From NCBI GenBank assembly GCA_963809895.1, contig CAWELD010000003.1:2368001-2432000 (forward strand): DNA of 64,000 nt. The letters are read 5' to 3'. Position numbers and translations under genes: made by a program. This document shows positions 57,831-64,000 of the stretch, in pieces (positions within the stretch are counted from its first letter, which is position 1; each line of letters starts with the position of its first letter). This stretch comes from an uncultured Gemmatimonadales bacterium. Its GTDB lineage: Bacteria; Gemmatimonadota; Gemmatimonadetes; Longimicrobiales; Gaopeijiaceae. The notes below the pieces were generated by a model that searched no databases, was not told the DNA's origin, and saw nothing but the letters and a program-made list of their open reading frames with translations.

Positions 57831-58862
57831 ATGGGCACGACGTGGCGAAGGGCGAAGATCGGTGCGACGGGACTGCTGGCCGGGACAGCACTGCTCCAGG
57901 CCCCGACGGCAGCGCAGGCGCCGGAGGGTCTCCGCGGCACGGTGGTGGTGGTCAACAAGCAGGAAGCCACGGCGAGCTTCATCGACCTGGCCAGCGGCCG
58001 GGTCGTGGCCACCGCTCCCACCGGAGACGGACCCCACGAGCTGATCGTATCGAGCGACGGCCGCATCGCGGTGGTGTCGGACTACGGCGGCCGCACCGGC
58101 GGCCACACCCTGACGGTCCTCGACGTCCACGCCGCGAGGGTGGCGCGCACCATCGATCTGGGCTCCTATCGGCGCCCGCACGGACTCGTCTTCCTGCCGG
58201 GCGACTCGCTGGTGGCGGTCACCTCGGAGACCAACCGTGCGGTTCTGGTGGTCCGCGTGGCCGAGGGCGAGATCGTCCAGGAGATCCCCACCGAGGCCGG
58301 AGGCTCCCACATGGTGGCGGTCACCAGCGACGGACGCCGCCTGTTCACGGGCAACATCGCCGACGGAACGGTCTCCGAGCTCAGCCGGGCCCGCGGCGCC
58401 CGCATCGCGACCTTCGAGACGGCCCCGGAGCCGGAGGCCATCAACGTCACGCCCGACGGCGACCGGGTGTTCGCCGGGAGCAACGCCGAGGGCACCGTGA
58501 GCGAGATCCGCACGGACGACGGCCGACGGCGCGAGATCGCCGGCGGCTTCGGCTGGCCGTACCGGATCTTCCTCACTCCCGGGGTGGAGCAGATCATCGT
58601 CCCCGACCTCGGCGGCGAGAGCCTGCGCTTCTTCGACGGGGACAGCTACCAGGAACTGGGCCGCGTGGATTTCGCCGGGGCCTCTCCCCAGGGCCTCGCC
58701 CTGCATCCCGACGGCCGCCATCTCTTCCTGTCGCTCTCGGGACAGGACCGGATCGCCGTGGTGGATATCCTGGAGCGAACGGTGGTGGGGTACCTGCCCG
58801 CGGGCGATGGGCCCGACGGCATCGGATACTCGGTACTGTCGTCGGCATCCACGGGCGGGTGA
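57831..58862 (+). CDS. YncE/YVTN beta-propeller protein
   Basis: Signal peptide; VVVNK, GDGPHE, RPHGL, GPDGI repeats. Confidence 0.87.
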   Translation: MGTTWRRAKIGATGLLAGTALLQAPTAAQAPEGLRGTVVVVNKQEATASFIDLASGRVVATAPTGDGPHELIVSSDGRIAVVSDYGGRTGGHTLTVLDVHAARVARTIDLGSYRRPHGLVFLPGDSLVAVTSETNRAVLVVRVAEGEIVQEIPTEAGGSHMVAVTSDGRRLFTGNIADGTVSELSRARGARIATFETAPEPEAINVTPDGDRVFAGSNAEGTVSEIRTDDGRRREIAGGFGWPYRIFLTPGVEQIIVPDLGGESLRFFDGDSYQELGRVDFAGASPQGLALHPDGRHLFLSLSGQDRIAVVDILERTVVGYLPAGDGPDGIGYSVLSSASTGG

Positions 58863-58966
58863 GACGTCGGCCGAACTTAACGACGCCGGGTCCCAGGACA
58901 TCCCATCCACGAGGATTCGTACACAACCGCCGGACCCCTCCCTCCGGTCCTGAAGGGAGGCATCCC

Positions 58967-59518
58967 ATGAACAAGACGAGCCGCGCAGCGGCCCTGGCGC
59001 TGGCCTCGTTCGCTGCGGCGTGCGCAGGCGGTACCGCGGCCCCGTCCCAGACACCGGAGCCCTCGCACTCCGCGCCGGCAACGAGCCAGATGGCCACGGC
59101 GACGCAGGGACCAGCGGCGGACGACCTCGAGCAGGGAGCCGCCCTCTTCCGGGACATCTGCGCCCAGTGCCACACGACGGATCCACCGCCCAGGCTCGCG
59201 CCGCCCATGCGCATGGTCTCGATGCACCTGCGTGCTACCTACGCCACGCGCGCGGAGGCGGTGGAGCACGTGGTTTCCTACGTGCGGCAGCCCGACGCGG
59301 CACGGTCCATCCTGCCGGCGCATGCGGTGCAGCGCTTCGGGTTGATGCCGGCGCAACCCCTCCCGCCCGAGCTGCTCGCCAAGGTCGGCGCCTACGTCTG
59401 GACGCTGGCCGGGGACACGCCGGGTATGAGGCGTGGGCGAGGCCGCGTGGGAATGCGGGGCCCGAGGGGCGGCATGCGATCCAGCAGGACGCGGGTCCCC
59501 GCGTCTCCGGGCTCGTAG
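58967..59518 (+). CDS. Monoheme c-type cytochrome lipoprotein
   Basis: AAAC lipobox, CAQCH heme motif, FGLMP axial Met. Confidence 0.88.
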   Translation: MNKTSRAAALALASFAAACAGGTAAPSQTPEPSHSAPATSQMATATQGPAADDLEQGAALFRDICAQCHTTDPPPRLAPPMRMVSMHLRATYATRAEAVEHVVSYVRQPDAARSILPAHAVQRFGLMPAQPLPPELLAKVGAYVWTLAGDTPGMRRGRGRVGMRGPRGGMRSSRTRVPASPGS

Positions 59519-59637
59519 TATTGTAGATTGATGCATGCGGCGTTTTAACGATCCACAAGGCCGGGTCGTCTGACGATCAAGAATCCGATGGACGCCCTCC
59601 CCCATCGCGCCCGACACGTTGTAAAGGAGAGTCTCCC

Positions 59638-60426
59638 ATGAACCGCCTACGCGCACCAACCCTGGCCCTGGGCGCGCTGCTCGCCGTGGCCGCGTGTGAC
59701 AACGGGGGCACCGTGACCGCCCCCGAAAACTTCACCGAGCAGCTCGACGCCGCCGTGGCCGTGGTCGCGGCCGACGCCGCCCTCGAAGACCTCACCGCCA
59801 TGAACGACATGATGCCCGTGGGGGCGTTCGCGGCCCCGGGAATGCGCGGTGGTCCGGCAGGCATGGGCATGGGCGTCCGGGACAACCTGGTCCGTGAGCG
59901 CTCGGTGGCCTTCTTCGATGCCCAGGACAACGAGCAGGACGACTACGACGCCCTCCTCACCGCCTCCATCCACTACACCATGTCCATGGAAGGCGCGATC
60001 TCCCGCGACGGCTTCGAAGCCAGCCTCTCGCGCAGCCGCGACATGTGGGTGACAGGGCTCGCCGGCACGGAGACCACCCGCACCTTCAACGGCACCGGCA
60101 CGGAGTCCCACAGCTCCACGCGCGTGATCGACGACCTGGGCACGCGGACCTTCTCCATGGAGGGCACCGCCACCATCAGCGACGTCGTGCGGGCCGTGGA
60201 CCGGAACGCTCAACCCTGGCCGCTGTCGGGAACCATCACCCGGCACCTGGTCGTGACGATTGGCAACGGCCCCAACGGTGACGAAACCCGCGACCGAACG
60301 GTGACCATCACCTTCGACGGCACCCAGTACGCGCGCCTCGTGGTGGACGGCGAGGAGTACGAGGTCGACCTGGCGGCGCAGCCCAACGACCGACCCGTTC
60401 GACATCGTGGGGGCGCCACCGGCTGA
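59638..60426 (+). CDS. Hypothetical beta-rich lipoprotein
   Basis: AAGGAG RBS, VAAC lipobox, WPLSGTI. Confidence 0.82.
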   Translation: MNRLRAPTLALGALLAVAACDNGGTVTAPENFTEQLDAAVAVVAADAALEDLTAMNDMMPVGAFAAPGMRGGPAGMGMGVRDNLVRERSVAFFDAQDNEQDDYDALLTASIHYTMSMEGAISRDGFEASLSRSRDMWVTGLAGTETTRTFNGTGTESHSSTRVIDDLGTRTFSMEGTATISDVVRAVDRNAQPWPLSGTITRHLVVTIGNGPNGDETRDRTVTITFDGTQYARLVVDGEEYEVDLAAQPNDRPVRHRGGATG

Positions 60427-60583
60427 GACCGACTCGCCGGGAACGGATCTTACGATCGCCCGGTTCGCGTCTGGACGAGGGGCCGGTCCGGAGATCTCCG
60501 GGCCGGCCCCTCGCACGTCCTGGCACCGGCCTTGCTTCGCACTTCGGGACGGATGCGATGTGAGCCCCGAGGCCGGAGGACCC

Positions 60584-61239
60584 ATGAGCGACGTGGCGCG
60601 AGGCACCCTGCTTCTCGTGTTGACGCTGACCGCATGCGGCGGCGGCCAGGGCGATCACTCCGCGTCCGGGAACCCCAGCGGACGATACGATTCGCCAGGA
60701 GCTCGTGGCGCGCCTGGCCCAGTTGCGGAGTGGACTGGACAGTCTTCATCTCGACTCCCTGGACCTTCGAGGCCGATAGCCTCGACGGAGTACTGACCAG
60801 CCTGGACACCCTGTCCGTGGCCGAGCGCAAGCGGACCACGGACCGAGTCTCCGCGGAGCTCGATTCCCTCGAGCGCGTCGTCGCCACGGCGCGCTTCGGC
60901 GAACTGACCGACCCCGATCGCTTCGAGCAGGCAGCGGCATCGGCCCTCGATGGAGTGGCGACGCTGCTCCGCCACATCGACGCTCGTGTCCGGAATCCCG
61001 ACCTCACGTTTCCGGAAGGGTCCCGGGAGGTATGGGCCGAGCTGACGGGCGAGCTCGCGGAGCTCCACGCCGAGAGCGAGATCGCCGTCATCATGGCGCC
61101 CGGACGCTCCCTGGCCGCGTCCGACTCGGCGCGGCTGGCGTTCGCGCACGGGCTGGTCGCGCTCGACCAGGCACTCCACGCCCTGGCCCACGATGTCGGA
61201 GTTCCTCCGGATTCCATCCGTCCGGAGACCACGCCTTGA
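60584..61239 (+). CDS. Hypothetical helical lipoprotein, apparently with two frameshifts (near 60675 and 60765)
   Basis: GGAGGA RBS, LTAC lipobox; 656 nt = 3n+2; the middle frame reads IRQELVARLAQLRSGLDSL. Confidence 0.6.
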
Positions 61240-62285
61240 CGGCTCTCCGCACGGGCGGAAGCGCCCTCCGAATGCTCGAGGCGACCCTCGTGGTCGGGGC
61301 GCTGGCGTATCTGGGGCGGCCCGTGCTGATTCCGGTCAGCATCGCGGCGGTGCTCGCGCTCCTGTTGGTGCCTCCCATGAAATGGCTCGAGCGCATGAGG
61401 CTGCCCAGGACGCTGGCCGCCTTCCTGGTGGTGGCCGGACTTCTCGGTGCGGTCGGCGTCACGGTCTGGCAGGTCTCCGGCCCGGCCATGCGCTGGGTGG
61501 ACCGGGCGCCCTCCGCCCTGGCGCAGGCCCGGGACCGGCTGCGCGAGCTCCAACAACCCATGGCTCAAATGGCGCAGGCCGCCGACCAGGTGGAGAAGCT
61601 CACCAGGCCCGGGGAGGAAGACGCGACCCGGACCGTGGAGGTGGCGGGCTCGCCGACGCTGTCGTCGCGCCTCCTCGGCGGCACCTGGAGCACTCTCACC
61701 TCGGGGGTCATCGTCACGGTCCTCACCTTTTTCCTGCTGGCGATGCGACCGGTCCTGTTCCGCAAGCTGGTACGCATGTTCGCCACCACGGAACAACGGC
61801 GCCGGGCCACGCGGGCGGCCCGGGGTGTGCGGCGACGTCTGAGCCGGCACTTCGGCACCGTCGCGGTGATCAACACGGTGTTGGGAGCCGCCGTCGGCGC
61901 TGCCTGCTGGGTGCTGGGCATGCCCAGCCCGGCGCTCTGGGGCGTCATGGCCGGAATCCTGAATTTCGTGCCCTACCTCGGCGCCATCACCGGCGTGTCC
62001 ATCGTGGCCCTGGCTGGACTCACCACCCTGGAGGGGGCCACTGGCTTCTTGCCGGCGCTGGCCTACGCCATGCTCACGGGAATCGAAGGCACGTTGGTGA
62101 CGCCGGCCATCCTCGGCCGCCGTCTCAGGCTCAACCCGCTGGCCATCGTCGTGGGAGTCCTGGTCCTCGGCCTCCTCTGGGGCCCCGCGGGGGTCCTTCT
62201 GGCCGTCCCTCTGCTCGTGGCGACCATGGTGGTGGCGGAGCATCACCCGAACGGACGTCGCATCCGCATGCTGCTGGGTCGTTGA
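61236..62285 (+). CDS. AI-2E family transporter
   Basis: LNFVPYLG, IEGTLVTPAILG, LNPL, WGPAGVLLAVP. TTG start overlapping the upstream stop, or ATG at 61272. Confidence 0.9.
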   Translation: MTALRTGGSALRMLEATLVVGALAYLGRPVLIPVSIAAVLALLLVPPMKWLERMRLPRTLAAFLVVAGLLGAVGVTVWQVSGPAMRWVDRAPSALAQARDRLRELQQPMAQMAQAADQVEKLTRPGEEDATRTVEVAGSPTLSSRLLGGTWSTLTSGVIVTVLTFFLLAMRPVLFRKLVRMFATTEQRRRATRAARGVRRRLSRHFGTVAVINTVLGAAVGAACWVLGMPSPALWGVMAGILNFVPYLGAITGVSIVALAGLTTLEGATGFLPALAYAMLTGIEGTLVTPAILGRRLRLNPLAIVVGVLVLGLLWGPAGVLLAVPLLVATMVVAEHHPNGRRIRMLLGR

Positions 62286-62346
62286 TCCGGCGTCCTCACG
62301 AAAAAGGGTCTGTACACGACCGAGACGAGGACGCCAAGTTGATGGG

Positions 62347-64000
62347 ATGCCGAACCCTCCTCATGCCAGCTCGGGCTCCGGCTCCACCCGGAATCCCGCG
62401 CCCGTCTTCGAAGCCTCTCTCGGGCGTGTCGCCCGTCTCGCCTGCGAGGTGCTCGGCACCCCCATCGCCTATCTGACACTCCTCCAGGACGGCGGCCTCC
62501 AACTCGCAAGCGTACGGGGAATCCCGCCCCTCGAGCCGCCCGACGGCTTCGAGGACGAGGAGTCCGTCGCCGGCGCTCTGGGTGTCTCGACCCGGGCCAC
62601 GGCACCGATCCGCGGCCGCGACGACAGCTGGCTGGGGTCCCTGTCCGTAGCCCATCGAGGGGCCCATGACTGGACTCCCGAGGAGCACGCTCTCCTCGAG
62701 GACCTGGCCACCGCTGCCGGGGCCGAGCTGCGACTGCGCGCCGAAACCGATGCCCTGGATCGCTCCCAGCGCTGGGCGCAATCCCAGAAGGACATCCTGG
62801 AGCTGCTGGCTCGCGACGCGGATACCGACGAGGTCCTGGACCGGCTCGCCCGCAGCGTGGAGGACAGACTCGACGACGTCGTGGTGTCCATCCTCCTCCT
62901 CAACAACGACGGCACCGAAGTCTTCCACGGGGCGGCCCCGAGCCTTCCGCGGAGCTTCGTGGACGCTGTGGACGGCGCCCGGCCCGAAGAAGGCGCCGGC
63001 TCATGCGGCACGGCCATCGCCCGACGAAGCGTCATCTACACCGAGAACATCGAGACCGACCCGCTGTGGAACCATTGGGGGCCGGTGGCCCTGGCCCACG
63101 GCCTGAAAGCGTGTTGGTCCTCTCCGCTTCTGCAGCCCGACGGCACCTGCCTGGGCACGTTCGCCCTCTACCGCGCGAGTCCGGGACTTCCCGGCGACCA
63201 CGAGAAGGAGGTCATCCGACAGGCCACTTCGGTGGCGGTGCTCGTCGTCGAGACCCACCGCGGCCGCCGGAGCCTGCAGTTGGAGCGTGAGCGACTGGCG
63301 CTGGCGCTGGAAGGGTCGCAGGCCGGGGTCTGGGACTACGACGTGGCGAGCGGCGAGGTCAAGCGGAGTCCCCTGATGGCGCAGGCGCTGGGGTACGACA
63401 CCTCCGAGCTGGAGGGGCGGATCACGGACTGGGAGAACCGGATCCATCCCGACGAGCGGGACGAGGTGCTGGCGTGTTTCCAGGCTCACCTGAGGGGAGA
63501 CACGCCCCTGTTCGAGTCGGAGCACCGCCTTCGCCACCGCTCGGGTGGCTGGGTCTGGGTCCTCGACCGCGGGCGCGTGGTGGAGCGTGACGCCGAGGGT
63601 CGTGCGCTGCGGGCCGTGGGCACCCTCGTGGACATCAGCGAGCGCAAGGACAGGGAGCAGCAGCGCATCGAATCGGAGCAGGAGCAACTGCGCCTCATGC
63701 GCGAGTTGGAGCAGCAGCAGGCACGACTCACGACGCTGCTGCAACAGCTCCCCGTGGGTGTGGTGCTGGCGGAGGCACCGTCCGGCGAGGTGGTCCTGTG
63801 GAATCACGAGATGGAGGCCATGACCCAGGGCAGCGACCTGTCGGCCCACACCGCGGCGGACTACGGCCGGTGGGAGGCCTATTGGCCCGACGGCAGCCCC
63901 CTGGCGGCTGGCGATTGGCCCCTGTCCCGCGCGCTCGAAGGGGAGATCGTACGCGGCGAGGAGTTCTGGTCTCCCGATCCGCTGGACCCGGAGCGCCAGC
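62347..64000 (+). CDS. Multi-sensor signalling protein (GAF-GAF-PAS-PAS...), 3'-partial
   Basis: Not in the ORF track (no stop in window). Manual translation: GSCGTAI, CWSSPL (GAF); RIHPDE...HRSGGWVWVLDRG...DISERK (PAS/PAC). Confidence 0.87.
   Translation, partial: MPNPPHASSGSGSTRNPAPVFEASLGRVARLACEVLGTPIAYLTLLQDGGLQLASVRGIPPLEPPDGFEDEESVAGALGVSTRATAPIRGRDDSWLGSLSVAHRGAHDWTPEEHALLEDLATAAGAELRLRAETDALDRSQRWAQSQKDILELLARDADTDEVLDRLARSVEDRLDDVVVSILLLNNDGTEVFHGAAPSLPRSFVDAVDGARPEEGAGSCGTAIARRSVIYTENIETDPLWNHWGPVALAHGLKACWSSPLLQPDGTCLGTFALYRASPGLPGDHEKEVIRQATSVAVLVVETHRGRRSLQLERERLALALEGSQAGVWDYDVASGEVKRSPLMAQALGYDTSELEGRITDWENRIHPDERDEVLACFQAHLRGDTPLFESEHRLRHRSGGWVWVLDRGRVVERDAEGRALRAVGTLVDISERKDREQQRIESEQEQLRLMRELEQQQARLTTLLQQLPVGVVLAEAPSGEVVLWNHEMEAMTQGSDLSAHTAADYGRWEAYWPDGSPLAAGDWPLSRALEGEIVRGEEFWSPDPLDPERQ

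Overview
High-GC (about 70% by eye), gene-dense bacterial chromosomal segment. Gene content (three PadR + ADOP orphan-permease modules, a TIGR02999-type ECF sigma factor, many secreted or lipoprotein peptidases and beta-propellers) suggests Gemmatimonadota or a similar lineage; this is an inference. About 57 CDS are supported. They include AddB-like and AddA-like repair genes separated by six unrelated genes, a LytS/LytTR pair, a translationally coupled GH63-pgl-glk-HAD-gnd-zwf operon and a two-domain ceruloplasmin-like multicopper oxidase. I found no tRNA, rRNA, CRISPR array, integrase or transposase. Most notable: (1) a complete promoter / c-di-GMP-I riboswitch / terminator unit whose first downstream ORF is an unannotated 29-aa basic peptide, ahead of an M50-CBS protease; (2) an ECF sigma followed by only the N-terminal segment of its usual Ser/Thr kinase partner; (3) a different candidate operator palindrome upstream of each padR; (4) five apparent +1 frameshifts in the right-hand part of the window, probably sequencing errors. 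All family assignments are from motif recognition; no searches were run.
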